Part shown: piece after piece, positions 52,393-61,164 of the stretch
How positions within the stretch are numbered: the first letter of the stretch is position 1
Layout: every line of letters begins with the position of its first letter
Assembly: GCA_963740315.1 (NCBI GenBank)
Contig: CAVUDP010000001.1
Span: 608,001-672,000, forward strand
DNA: 64,000 bases
Direction: 5' to 3'
Source: an uncultured cyanobacterium
GTDB lineage: Bacteria; Cyanobacteriota; Cyanobacteriia; Cyanobacteriales; Nostocaceae
Notes under the pieces: model-generated
What the model was told of the DNA's origin: nothing
What the model saw: the letters and a program-made list of their open reading frames with translations, nothing else
Databases searched by the model: none
Position numbers and translations under genes: made by a program

Positions 52393-54294
52393 CTAGTTTT
52401 CCTCTAAAGTTTTTTCATCAGCAGCGATTTGAGCATCTAATTCGTTTCGATAGGTAGCCATATCTTCTACAAACTCATCAAACAAAGGATCATCTTTAAA
52501 CATACCAGCGAATTTTACCCAGGGATCTGATTGTTCCACCTTTTGTTGATGTTCTAAAATTGGTAAACAACACAATCGTAGTGTCAGCCACCACAAGTAC
52601 GACATCAGAGGACTAAAAAAACCATTGTCATTTATTAAACCATGAGCCATACGATGTCTAAGATTACTACCGGAATTTTCAATCAGTAAACCCTTTAAAT
52701 CAAATAGCGTGTCTTCATCGAAAATAGACTTTATCTCCTGATGGTAAAGGGTTGTACTTAACTGATGTTCTGTTTGAATTCCGTTATTACTGATTCCAGA
52801 AGTAAGCGCATCCCTTTGGGAAAGTAGATAACGAAGGGAATTCTCAATTTGAGGAATAAGAATATGAGTAGAGGTGATGAAATCTCCGGTTAGTCCAGCG
52901 TAAAGTCCTTTTGCAAACAAATATTCTCGATTTGGTGGTACAAAGGGGCTATAGGAAATTAAAGAAATAAAATCGTTAATCCGTACATTATGTTCTAGGT
53001 TTATCTGATATCTCGCTGACTCAATGTATGCTTGAGCATGAAGTCTTTGATAAAATATTGCACTCCGATACATTTCAAAGCGAATTGCATCTTCAGCTTG
53101 ATCGAAATGGCTTGGTTGATGCGCTGTAACCTTACCAACTTCATTTACTATTACTGCTGGGAAGAAAGAAGATAATCCTCGGGTTTCTTGTACCTGTTGT
53201 CGAAGATATGACAATTTAGGCGAAGCACCTAATAAAGTCAAAGCAAAAATAGCATCGTTAAATTCTTTTCCTCTGACATACGCTTTAGCTTGTTCTACTT
53301 CATTACTAATATTAATTTCCTGAGAAAAAGACATGAATTCTTCTGTAGATTCCTCTTGATACTCAAGAAGGATTTTATGTATTTCTTCTGCTCTTGCTTT
53401 CGCTGCAATTTTAATTTTATCTTCCTTTTTAGCTGGAATCCTTTTAAAAGCTTCGTAAGCTTTCTGCATAAAATGCGATGCAGCAAAGTACCTTGGAGGT
53501 GTCTCTTTGAGAGCATCTTCAGCTTCCTTAACATAAGTTTCAGCAGCTAACATCAAAGCAGTAAGCTGTTGTTGATCATTTTTTTCGATAGAATGCCATT
53601 GTGCCTTAATTTCCCAATAATTTTTCGCTCTACGCCAATCATTTTCGGATTCGGCTAATTTTGCAGCTTTTTCAGCTAACGCAGCATATTTAGTTGGTTT
53701 TCCAAACTTATATTCAAGCAAAAGCTCCATCAGTTTTGCTGAAAACCACAATGGATCTTCCCCTTTGTAAAAATCAAGAACTTTCTCGATATGAGCAAAA
53801 ACTGTATCAGTTTGATATTGAATTCTGCGTGATAATCGAAGCGCTCTTTCAATCCTTTCATAAGCACGATTCCACTTTTGTGGATCTTCTAATTCTGTCG
53901 CAGACTGTAAATAAGCATTAACTGCTAACTTAGCCATCTCGCGATCGCGCTTTCTTACCCATAAAATATCTGCTACTCGTGCTTGTAATTCTGGATCTGA
54001 TATTTCAGAAGCAATTTCAGCAAGAAAATTTAGATGCTCATCTGTAAGGTTTTGGAAAACTTGAGCAAAAAATTCCTCATTTGATTCTGGCTTAATTGCA
54101 GCAGCAGTTACTGCCGCGAGTATCTCAAAAATAGCCTTTTCATTAAAATTACCAGCTACATTTGCTTCCTGGGCTTTTTCCCAGAAAGCCATATTATAAG
54201 CAAGACATTCTTTCCTCTCGCTGTTATTAACTATCTCTTCCCAGCCAGAATTAATGAAATCATCTTTGGTAAGAGTGAGATTAAGTGGTGACAT
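52393..54294 (-). CDS. DUF4209-like protein with HEPN-type RxxxxH motif and antitoxin-like C-terminal tail
   Basis: TPR-like helical N-part; 'HILIPQIENSLR', 'NLRHRMAHGL'; tail 'DPWVKFAGMFKDDPLFDEFVEDMATYR'. Confidence 0.72.
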   Translation of the reverse strand: MSPLNLTLTKDDFINSGWEEIVNNSERKECLAYNMAFWEKAQEANVAGNFNEKAIFEILAAVTAAAIKPESNEEFFAQVFQNLTDEHLNFLAEIASEISDPELQARVADILWVRKRDREMAKLAVNAYLQSATELEDPQKWNRAYERIERALRLSRRIQYQTDTVFAHIEKVLDFYKGEDPLWFSAKLMELLLEYKFGKPTKYAALAEKAAKLAESENDWRRAKNYWEIKAQWHSIEKNDQQQLTALMLAAETYVKEAEDALKETPPRYFAASHFMQKAYEAFKRIPAKKEDKIKIAAKARAEEIHKILLEYQEESTEEFMSFSQEINISNEVEQAKAYVRGKEFNDAIFALTLLGASPKLSYLRQQVQETRGLSSFFPAVIVNEVGKVTAHQPSHFDQAEDAIRFEMYRSAIFYQRLHAQAYIESARYQINLEHNVRINDFISLISYSPFVPPNREYLFAKGLYAGLTGDFITSTHILIPQIENSLRYLLSQRDALTSGISNNGIQTEHQLSTTLYHQEIKSIFDEDTLFDLKGLLIENSGSNLRHRMAHGLINDNGFFSPLMSYLWWLTLRLCCLPILEHQQKVEQSDPWVKFAGMFKDDPLFDEFVEDMATYRNELDAQIAADEKTLEEN

Positions 54295-54371
54295 AATTTA
54301 AAGCAACTAACCTATATTTTTATCATGACAAGAAGACAGCAAATCATTATCAAAATTCTAATACTTCTAAC

Positions 54372-54608
54372 CTAACTTACACTTTCTCCACGCTTCAAAC
54401 TCTCCAATTTCAACTGTCGCAATTCTTCCTCTGTACGCTCAAGCTTATCTATCATTTCCTGAAACGCACTTGCATCTTGAACCACAACTTCCGCTCTACC
54501 ATTCACAGTCAGCACTAAAGGTGATTTAGTAGCTTTAATCCGCTCTAGGAATTGCTTAACATTACGTTTAAAGTCCGTCAGCGAGTGAATATTATCTAAA
54601 TTAATCAT
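54372..54608 (-). CDS. Phd/YefM family antitoxin
   Basis: 'IHSLTDFKRN...F...K.TKSPLVLTVNGRAEVVVQD'. Confidence 0.88.
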   Translation of the reverse strand: MINLDNIHSLTDFKRNVKQFLERIKATKSPLVLTVNGRAEVVVQDASAFQEMIDKLERTEEELRQLKLESLKRGESVS

Positions 54609-54843
54609 AATCAACCTAATTAACTATTCAATTCAATATCTAATAAAGTCCCTATTAAATCATACAACATTACCATCTCTAAAAACCTCTTACCTCCGCG
54701 CTCTCAGCGTCTCTGCGGTTTTATAATTCTTACTTCCTTTTCTAAGATTACCTATAAAAACTCTCCCCCCTCCCACCTCAACAAAACTACCCAAACTACC
54801 GTAAAATAAACCTTCATACAGCATCTACCTAACAGTGTTCCCC

Positions 54844-56355
54844 ATGCTCTGCGACTACCTCGTACAAATTCTGACCGCTCGCGTATACGATGTTGCTCAA
54901 GAATCACCTTTAGAAATCGCTCCATTACTCTCAAAACGCCTAAACAACAACCTTTTGCTCAAACGCGAAGATATGCAATCGGTGTTCTCTTTTAAACTGC
55001 GCGGTGCTTACAACAAAATGGCAAGCCTGACACCGGAAATGCTGCAACAAGGTGTAATTGCGGCTTCTGCGGGAAACCACGCTCAAGGTGTGGCTTTAGC
55101 TGCTTCAAAGTTGGGTACTCGCGCAATTATTGTGATGCCGAAAACAACTCCTCAAGTGAAGATTGATGCTGTGAAAGCGCGGGGTGGTGAGGTGGTTTTA
55201 CATGGCGATACTTATGACGATGCTTGTGGATATGCTCGTGAATTAGGAACCCAAAAGAACTTAACATTTATTCATCCCTTTGATGACCCTCATGTGATAG
55301 CGGGACAAGGTACGATTGGTATGGAAATTTTACGGCAATATCAAAAACCCATCCATGCAATCTTTGTAGCAATTGGTGGTGGTGGTTTGATTTCGGGAAT
55401 TGCGGCTTATGTCAAGCGGTTGCGTCCGGAAATCAAGATTATTGGGGTTGAGCCAATTGATGCCGATGCTATGTATCAATCTTTGCAGGCTGGACATCGG
55501 GTGCGGTTGTCTCAGGTAGGTTTGTTTGCCGATGGTGTAGCGGTGCGAGAGGTTGGAGAGGAAACCTTTAAGCTTTGCCAGCAGTACGTTGATGATATTA
55601 TTCGGGTAACTACCGACGATACCTGTGCGGCGATTAAAGATGTGTTTCAAGATACGCGCTCTATAGTTGAACCTGCGGGGGGATTAGCGATCGCTGGTGC
55701 TAAAGCCTATGTGGAAAGAGAAGGAATTGAAGGAGAAACTTTAGTCGCGATCGCCTGCGGTGCTAACATGAATTTTGATCGTTTGCGGTTTGTTGCCGAG
55801 CGTGCGGAATTTGGGGAACGTCGGGAAGCTATTTTTGCGGTGACAATTCCAGAAAAACCGGGAAGTCTGCACAAGTTTTGTGAATGCATCGGCAAGCGCA
55901 ATTTGACCGAATTTAATTATCGCATTGCTTCAGAAAAGGAAGCCCAAATTTTTGTCGGGGTACAAATTCAAAACCGTGCTGATGGAATAAAGATAGCTGA
56001 AACTATAACTAATTGCGGTTTTCCCATCATCGACTTAACCGACGACGAATTAACGAAAATGCATTTGCGTCACATGGTAGGAGGGCGATCGCCATTAGCT
56101 CACAATGAGTTATTATATCGTTTTGAATTTCCCGAACGTCCGGGTGCATTAATGCAGTTTGTAGGTTCGATGAGTCCTAATTGGAATATTAGTTTATTTC
56201 ACTACCGAAACAATGGCTCGGATTACGGCAGAATAGTTGTAGGAATGCAGGTTCCGCCAGAAGAAATGCAAGAATGGCAGGCATTTTTAGACACTTTAGG
56301 TTATCAGTATTGGGATGAAAATAAAAATCCAGCTTATAAATTGTTTTTAAGTTGA
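54844..56355 (+). CDS. ilvA: Threonine ammonia-lyase, biosynthetic
   Basis: 'KREDMQSVFSFKLRGAYN', 'ASAGNHAQG', 'GGGGL', two C-terminal ACT-like domains ('FPERPGAL'). Confidence 0.96.
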   Translation: MLCDYLVQILTARVYDVAQESPLEIAPLLSKRLNNNLLLKREDMQSVFSFKLRGAYNKMASLTPEMLQQGVIAASAGNHAQGVALAASKLGTRAIIVMPKTTPQVKIDAVKARGGEVVLHGDTYDDACGYARELGTQKNLTFIHPFDDPHVIAGQGTIGMEILRQYQKPIHAIFVAIGGGGLISGIAAYVKRLRPEIKIIGVEPIDADAMYQSLQAGHRVRLSQVGLFADGVAVREVGEETFKLCQQYVDDIIRVTTDDTCAAIKDVFQDTRSIVEPAGGLAIAGAKAYVEREGIEGETLVAIACGANMNFDRLRFVAERAEFGERREAIFAVTIPEKPGSLHKFCECIGKRNLTEFNYRIASEKEAQIFVGVQIQNRADGIKIAETITNCGFPIIDLTDDELTKMHLRHMVGGRSPLAHNELLYRFEFPERPGALMQFVGSMSPNWNISLFHYRNNGSDYGRIVVGMQVPPEEMQEWQAFLDTLGYQYWDENKNPAYKLFLS

Positions 56356-56362
56356 TATTAAT

Positions 56363-56387
56363 GTAGAGACGTAGCAGTGCTACGTCT
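56363..56387 (+). repeat. REP-like GTAG hairpin
   Basis: GTAGAGACGTAGCAGTGCTACGTCT, a compensatory variant of 21591. Confidence 0.65.
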
Positions 56388-56545
56388 TATCCAGCATTTG
56401 TGGTACATAACAAGCAAATTCTATATATCAAACCAACAACACCAATAATTTTTAACTTTAAAATATAAGAAAAAAGTAGTTTAATCATTAATTGTATTTA
56501 CCTGACTTTACCTATTAAATGAAACCCCACAGGAAGAACTAAAAA

Positions 56546-57379
56546 ATGAAAAAAATACATCTACCATCAGGAAGAGAAATCCCCATTTTAGGACAGGGAA
56601 CTTGGCGAATGGGTGAAGACATCAGTCAAAAAGATGCTGAAATTGCGGCATTGCGTCTGGGTTTAGATATGGGAATGACGCTCATCGACACCGCCGAAAT
56701 GTACGGTGAAGGTGGTGCCGAAGAAGTTGTTGGTGAAGCGATCGCCAATCGTCGCGAAGAAGTTTATCTGGTAAGTAAGGTATATCCACACAATGCCAGT
56801 CGGAAAGGAGCAGTTGAAGCTTGCGATCGCAGTTTAAAACGACTCAAAACCGATTGCATTGATTTATATTTACTACATTGGCGAAGTTCGACACCGCTTT
56901 CTGAAACGTTGGAAGCCTTTGAATCGCTCAAGCAAGCCGGGAAAATTCGGGATTACGGTGTAAGTAATTTCGATGCAGATGACATGAAAAAGGCAATTAA
57001 TTTACCAAATGGTAAGCAAATTGCCACAAATCAAGTTTTATATAATTTGGCGCGTCGCGGTATTGAATGGGATTTGCTTCCTTGGTGTCGCCAAAATAAT
57101 ATACCGATTATGGCGTATTCACCAATCGAGCAAAAGGCTATCTTAAATAATTCACAGTTAAAATCAGTTGCTTCGCGACACAATGCGACTCCCGCACAAA
57201 TTGCTTTAGCTTGGCTGCTTCAACAACAAGGAATAATCGCAATTCCCAAAGCCAGCAATCCAACGCACGTTAAAGAGAATAGTGCAGCTTTAGATATTCA
57301 ACTTACCCAAGAAGATTTAACCGAACTCGATAAAGCCTTTCCGCCGCCAAATCGTAAAATGTCGTTGGCGATAAGGTAA
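56546..57379 (+). CDS. Aldo/keto reductase (YeaE-like)
   Basis: 'LGQGTW', 'IDTAEMYG', 'DLYLLHW', 'GVSNF', 'NQVLYNL', 'IPKAS'. Confidence 0.92.
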   Translation: MKKIHLPSGREIPILGQGTWRMGEDISQKDAEIAALRLGLDMGMTLIDTAEMYGEGGAEEVVGEAIANRREEVYLVSKVYPHNASRKGAVEACDRSLKRLKTDCIDLYLLHWRSSTPLSETLEAFESLKQAGKIRDYGVSNFDADDMKKAINLPNGKQIATNQVLYNLARRGIEWDLLPWCRQNNIPIMAYSPIEQKAILNNSQLKSVASRHNATPAQIALAWLLQQQGIIAIPKASNPTHVKENSAALDIQLTQEDLTELDKAFPPPNRKMSLAIR

Positions 57380-57623
57380 GAATAATATTTAGAAGAGGGG
57401 GAAGAGGGGGAAGATATAAAAATGTTGTAGTACGAATATTTGTGCCAATCAAACACACTTCAATAAAATTCAACTTACTTCAAGTAACCCGGTTTTTCAA
57501 TAAGCCGGGTTTTTGATTGTATTTAGAACAATTTTGAAACAAATTTTCATAAGCTATAACCCTTACTATACAACTATTTATGGTTCTATTTGCCAAAACT
57601 TTCGCAGCCCATCTCAAAAAAAA

Positions 57624-57666
57624 ATGTAGTACCCCCTTGACACATTCGTAATACGCAATGTAGTAT
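57624..57666 (+). promoter_or_regulatory. Sigma70-type promoter of the tRNA array with repeated ATGTAGTAY operator-like sites
   Basis: TTGACA (57637) -18 nt- TAGTAT (57661); ATGTAGTAC at 57624, ATGTAGTAT at 57658, TTGTAGTAC at 57425. Confidence 0.7.
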
Positions 57667-57745
57667 TAGGTTACAAGGGTAATACAGCAACTACAAACCG
57701 CTGACATTAACCCATCCGAACCATGAAAATTGAATTGCCATGTAT

Positions 57746-57819
57746 GGGGTTGAGCTTCAGTTGTAAGAAGCGCCTGTCTGTCGAACAGGAAGTCGCGGGT
57801 TTGAATCCCGTCATCCCCG
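57746..57819 (+). tRNA. trnD: tRNA-Asp(GTC), degenerate
   Basis: Anticodon arm CCTGT-CTGTCGA-ACAGG; acceptor has a T:T mismatch; T-loop TTTGAAT. Confidence 0.65.
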
Positions 57820-57886
57820 TGTAGCCTTGTCTCTGATTTTTAGTTAGAGAGCGATCGGGTGTAATTTCTGTCAAGGCTTCAATTAT

Positions 57887-57962
57887 GTCTGGGTAGCCAA
57901 GTGTTTAAGGCATCGGTCTGCAACACCGACAATCGTGGGTTAAAATCCCACCCCGGACTCCA
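57887..57962 (+). tRNA. trnC: tRNA-Cys(GCA), CCA encoded
   Basis: GTCTGGG/CCCGGAC acceptor; TCGGT-CTGCAAC-ACCGA; atypical T-loop TTAAAAT. Confidence 0.8.
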
Positions 57963-57967
57963 AATGT

Positions 57968-58067
57968 TGCAGTGTAGCTTAATGGTAAAGCCCCAAGCTC
58001 ATAACTTGGTGGATGTGGGTATGTCCTTGCGGACACGCTCCGCTAACAATTCCCATCACTGCTACCA
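57968..58067 (+). tRNA. tRNA-CAT (Met or Ile2) with a 26-nt insertion in the T-loop; CCA encoded
   Basis: CCAAG-CTCATAA-CTTGG anticodon arm; GCAGTG/CACTGC acceptor with 1:72 mismatch; insertion at 58021-58046. Confidence 0.75.
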
Positions 58068-58070
58068 AAT

Positions 58071-58142
58071 GCAGAGATAGTGTAATTGGCAACACCACAG
58101 TCTCCAAAACTGTTGTTCTAGGTACAAGCCCTAGTCTCTGCG
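58071..58142 (+). tRNA. trnW: tRNA-Trp(CCA), atypical T-loop
   Basis: GCAGAGA/TCTCTGC; ACAGT-CTCCAAA-ACTGT; T-loop TACAAGC. Confidence 0.75.
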
Positions 58143-58170
58143 TTTGCGGTGTCGTCGGCACTGTAAAAAT

Positions 58171-58255
58171 GGGTTGGTATCCAAGTCAGGTCGAAGGAAA
58201 CCGTCTGTAAAACGGATGCCTCTGTGCCACGTAGGTTCAAATCCTACCCAGCCCA
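58171..58255 (+). tRNA. trnY: tRNA-Tyr(GTA)
   Basis: GGGTTGG/CCAGCCC; CCGT-CTGTAAA-ACGG; long variable arm; GGTTCAAATCC. Confidence 0.85.
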
Positions 58256-58259
58256 TTAC

Positions 58260-58342
58260 GGAGAGGTCGCTATTGGTAAGGTAAGCTGTTTGCTAAACAG
58301 TCATGGTTAAATCCATTACAGGTTCAAATCCTGTCCTCTCCG
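58260..58342 (+). tRNA. trnS: tRNA-Ser(GCT)
   Basis: GGAGAGG/CCTCTCC; GCTGT-TTGCTAA-ACAGT; long variable arm. Confidence 0.8.
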
Positions 58343-58345
58343 CCT

Positions 58346-58419
58346 GAGAACGTGGTGTAACTGGATAACACGTCAGTCTACGAAACTGAAGATTGTAGGT
58401 TCAAGTCCTACCGTTCTCG
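58346..58419 (+). tRNA. trnR: tRNA-Arg(ACG)
   Basis: GAGAACG/CGTTCTC; TCAGT-CTACGAA-ACTGA; GGTTCAAGTCC. Confidence 0.88.
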
Positions 58420-58426
58420 TTACATG

Positions 58427-58492
58427 GGAAAGATGTTGAAATGTCTGGCTTGAGATGCTGAACCAGTTCATTTGGTAATATCCATCTTTCCT
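58427..58492 (+). pseudogene. tRNA remnant (Ser-like acceptor)
   Basis: GGAAAGATG/CATCTTTCC pairing retained; D, anticodon and T arms not recognisable. Confidence 0.4.
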
Positions 58493-58499
58493 TCTTTAT

Positions 58500-58573
58500 C
58501 CCCTGGTAGCTCAGTTGGTAGTAGCGCCTGTTTGAAGAACAGGAGGTCGTCAGTTCAATTCTGACCTGGGGGA
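58500..58573 (+). tRNA. trnF: tRNA-Phe(GAA)
   Basis: TAGCTCAGTTGGTAG D arm; CCTGT-TTGAAGA-ACAGG; GTCAG-TTCAATT-CTGAC. Confidence 0.85.
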
Positions 58574-58578
58574 CTCAT

Positions 58579-58651
<73 letters not shown>

Positions 58652-58655
58652 TTAT

Positions 58656-58729
58656 TGGGAAGTAGGCAAATAGGTAAAGCCGTCGCACTTTGAATGCGAA
58701 ATTTGAAGGTTCGATCCCTTCCTTCCCAG
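58656..58729 (+). tRNA. trnQ: tRNA-Gln(TTG)
   Basis: TGGGAAG/CTTCCCA; TCGCA-CTTTGAA-TGCGA. Confidence 0.88.
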
Positions 58730-58734
58730 CTTAT

Positions 58735-58808
58735 GCTGCTGTAGCCCAATTGGAAGAGGCGCTGGTCTTAGGAACCAGGCGTTGTGGGTTCAACTCCCAC
58801 CAGCAGTA
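58735..58808 (+). tRNA. trnL: tRNA-Leu(TAG), short variable loop
   Basis: CTGGT-CTTAGGA-ACCAG; 5-nt variable region; GGTTCAACTCC. Confidence 0.8.
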
Positions 58809-58855
58809 TTATCCTGTAGCGCAGTTAAGTACTTATGCAAAATAAATTGTATATT

Positions 58856-58954
58856 GTCATTGCGAGTGCAGCGAAGCGAAACGAAGCAATCGCAGGCGTT
58901 TGGGATTGCTTCACTTCGTATGTCCTATCGGACACGCTGCGCTAACGCAATGAC
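58856..58954. repeat. GTCATTGCGAG...CGCAATGAC palindromic element inside the tRNA array, itself carrying the 26-nt insertion
   Basis: Long imperfect palindrome with GAAGCAATC/GATTGCTTC core; insertion at 58920-58945. Confidence 0.8.
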
Positions 58955-59004
58955 ACAAATAATGAAGGCATACCCACTTAATAAATGCTGCCACTTGGAT
59001 TTAT

Positions 59005-59078
59005 GGGTCGTTAGCTCAAGCAGGCAGAGCATCCGGCTTTTAACCGGAAAGTTCAGAGTTCGAGTCTCTGACGACCCA
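59005..59078 (+). tRNA. trnK: tRNA-Lys(TTT)
   Basis: GGGTCGT/ACGACCC; TCCGG-CTTTTAA-CCGGA; GTTCGAGTC. Confidence 0.9.
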
Positions 59079-59082
59079 CCTT

Positions 59083-59156
59083 GCCCCTGTAACCCAATTG
59101 GAAGAGGTGCCAAACTTAAAATTTGGAAGTTGCTGGTTCAAATCCAGTCAGGGGTA
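59083..59156 (+). tRNA. trnL: tRNA-Leu(TAA), intronless, short variable loop
   Basis: GCCCCTG/CAGGGGT; CCAAA-CTTAAAA-TTTGG; GGTTCAAATCC. Confidence 0.8.
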
Positions 59157-59215
59157 TTGCAGAGACATTTTGGTCTTTGTTTTTTATAGGAGTGAATCTA
59201 ACATTCCTACTTTAT

Positions 59216-59315
59216 GGGGTCATAGCTCAATTGGATAGAGCGTCCGCCTTGCACGCCTCTATGTTAGGGGTATGTCCTGGCGGACACGCTCCGCGAACAA
59301 ATCCCCTTTTCTCCA
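59216..59315 (+). pseudogene. trnA: tRNA-Ala(TGC) pseudogene with 26-nt T-loop insertion
   Basis: GGGGTCATAGCTCAATTGGATAGAGC; CTTGCAC loop; broken anticodon and acceptor stems; insertion at 59272-59297. Confidence 0.72.
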
Positions 59316-59320
59316 CTGAT

Positions 59321-59389
59321 GGTGTTTGAAGTCAAAGTGGTCGGAAGGTGGAACAAGTAATTAGCGGGTTCAAGTCCTGTCAGACACCC
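59321..59389 (+). pseudogene. tRNA-His-like pseudogene
   Basis: GGTGTTTG/CAGACACC extended acceptor, intact GGTTCAAGTCC T arm, GTG present but anticodon arm deleted or degenerate. Confidence 0.5.
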
Positions 59390-59395
59390 CTTTAT

Positions 59396-59480
59396 GGAAG
59401 ATGCTGCTGAATGGACGGCAACTGCAAAAAGAAAACCAGAGTAAGGTAACAACTTAGGGGTTCGATTCCTCCATCTTCCT
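59396..59480 (+). pseudogene. tRNA-Ser-like pseudogene (anticodon arm mutated)
   Basis: GGAAGAT/ATCTTCC acceptor, long variable arm, GGTTCGATTCC; anticodon region reads CTGCAAAAAGAAAACCAG. Confidence 0.6.
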
Positions 59481-59672
59481 TTACCAAATGTTTTCCGGAG
59501 ATGCCTATTACAGATTAGGCAAATCTTACAGGTTTCAAAATTCAATCGCAAAAAATAAATTATTTCTTACTTTAGATACTGGTAATTCGTGTCAAAGTTA
59601 GTGGATGCTATTTAAATATTGCTTTTAATCAAGTAAATTAATTTAAGTTAGATTCCTTCTTCACTTCAATTT

Positions 59673-61016
59673 ATGACAGTTCACGAAAATCGAGAAGCGT
59701 TTATTCCCTACCGTCGCAGCGATATTATCAAACTTTGTTTGGATGATGGTCAGTTAAATGCTGCTGAAACTCAAAAGTTTAAAGATTTTTGCGAAATATT
59801 ATCGTCATATTACCACTTTCGCTTTCACAAGACGCTGGAAGCTATTAAAGATAATTATGTGCCTTTTAACCCGAATGCGGATGTTGAAGCTTTAGTTCCA
59901 CCGAGTTTCGAGCAATATGACGCAATGGAATCAAGCGTAGTTGATGGATTCAATAATATTTTAGCAAGGGCAAATTATATTAAATTACCCGAATATGATG
60001 TAAAACAATCATTGGGTAAAACATCTTTGATTGATTTAAAAACTGAAGTTGACTTTGATGATTTCGATCGGTTTATCTGCTACTATCGGGGCGATTCTTA
60101 TAAAACAATTATGCAGAAAAAGTTCTTTTTTTGGAAGAAGGAAAAGAGAATTGATATTTTTGAAAGAATTGTTTTATTGATTAAATTTAAGGAAGCAGCT
60201 TATTTTCGCGGTAAAAAAGAGAAAAGAAAAGAACGTAAATTTGTTCCCGGTAAAATGTATGTTTATTTCTATAAAAATATTCCTAAACTCGATATTGACT
60301 TGCTTTTTCCTAATGTTACTACCAGCATGACTTGGAAAGACAGATTATTATTTGGAATTCCCGCGATCGGTGCTGCGATTCCTTTGATTTTAAGAGCATT
60401 ACCAAATATATTGTTACTAATTGCGGCAATTTTATTCGCATTAAATGCAGAACCTTTGATAGAAGAGTTAAAGGTTGAAGAATCTCAAGTCAGAAATGTA
60501 ATGCCTCTTTTAGTCGCTACTTTATCATTAGGAATGGCTTTGGGTGGATTCGCTTTTAAACAATATAGTAATTATAAAAGTAAGAGAATCAAGTTTCAAA
60601 ATGATGTGACAGAAACGCTTTTCTTCAAAAATTTAGGCAATAATGACAGCGTTTTTCAAACGTTTATCGATTTAGCGGAGGAAGAGGAGTGTAAAGAAAT
60701 CATTCTTGTATATTACCATCTGTTGATTAGTAAGAATTCACTCAAACCTGAAGAATTAGATGCTCGTATTGAAGCTTGGATGCAGAAAAAGCTGGGTACT
60801 GCAATCAACTTTGATATTCACGGACCTTTGGATAATTTAGCAGCGATTCGCGGTAAGGTAATTAAAAATGGTGTAGCTGAAGAGAATTTACCAGAAATTC
60901 CATTATTAAATTACGACAATGGAGGATTTTGTAACGTTCTTCCTCTTAATGATGCGAAAAAAGTTATTGATTACGTTTGGGATAATGCTTTTAATTATAA
61001 TGGGATAGTTCTGTAG
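59673..61016 (+). CDS. TMEM143/DUF3754 family membrane protein
   Basis: 'REAFIP', 'YFYKNIPKLDIDLLFPN', two TM segments, 'AEEEECKEIILVYY'. Confidence 0.8.
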   Translation: MTVHENREAFIPYRRSDIIKLCLDDGQLNAAETQKFKDFCEILSSYYHFRFHKTLEAIKDNYVPFNPNADVEALVPPSFEQYDAMESSVVDGFNNILARANYIKLPEYDVKQSLGKTSLIDLKTEVDFDDFDRFICYYRGDSYKTIMQKKFFFWKKEKRIDIFERIVLLIKFKEAAYFRGKKEKRKERKFVPGKMYVYFYKNIPKLDIDLLFPNVTTSMTWKDRLLFGIPAIGAAIPLILRALPNILLLIAAILFALNAEPLIEELKVEESQVRNVMPLLVATLSLGMALGGFAFKQYSNYKSKRIKFQNDVTETLFFKNLGNNDSVFQTFIDLAEEEECKEIILVYYHLLISKNSLKPEELDARIEAWMQKKLGTAINFDIHGPLDNLAAIRGKVIKNGVAEENLPEIPLLNYDNGGFCNVLPLNDAKKVIDYVWDNAFNYNGIVL

Positions 61017-61164
61017 ATATACTATCCTGCATTCTGCAAAGCAATCAAAAATTATTCTAAAATCTTTGTTATATTATTTTTATCTCATTGGTATACACGC
61101 TAAATACGATATGTTATAAAAGCTGTAATAATTAGCCTATATTCATAGCAAGCAGTTTAAAAAT

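Noticed and set aside
57824..57878. GCCTTG...CAAGGC stem between trnD and trnC as a tRNA
   Set aside because: Too short, with no D arm or reliable anticodon; may be a remnant but cannot be supported
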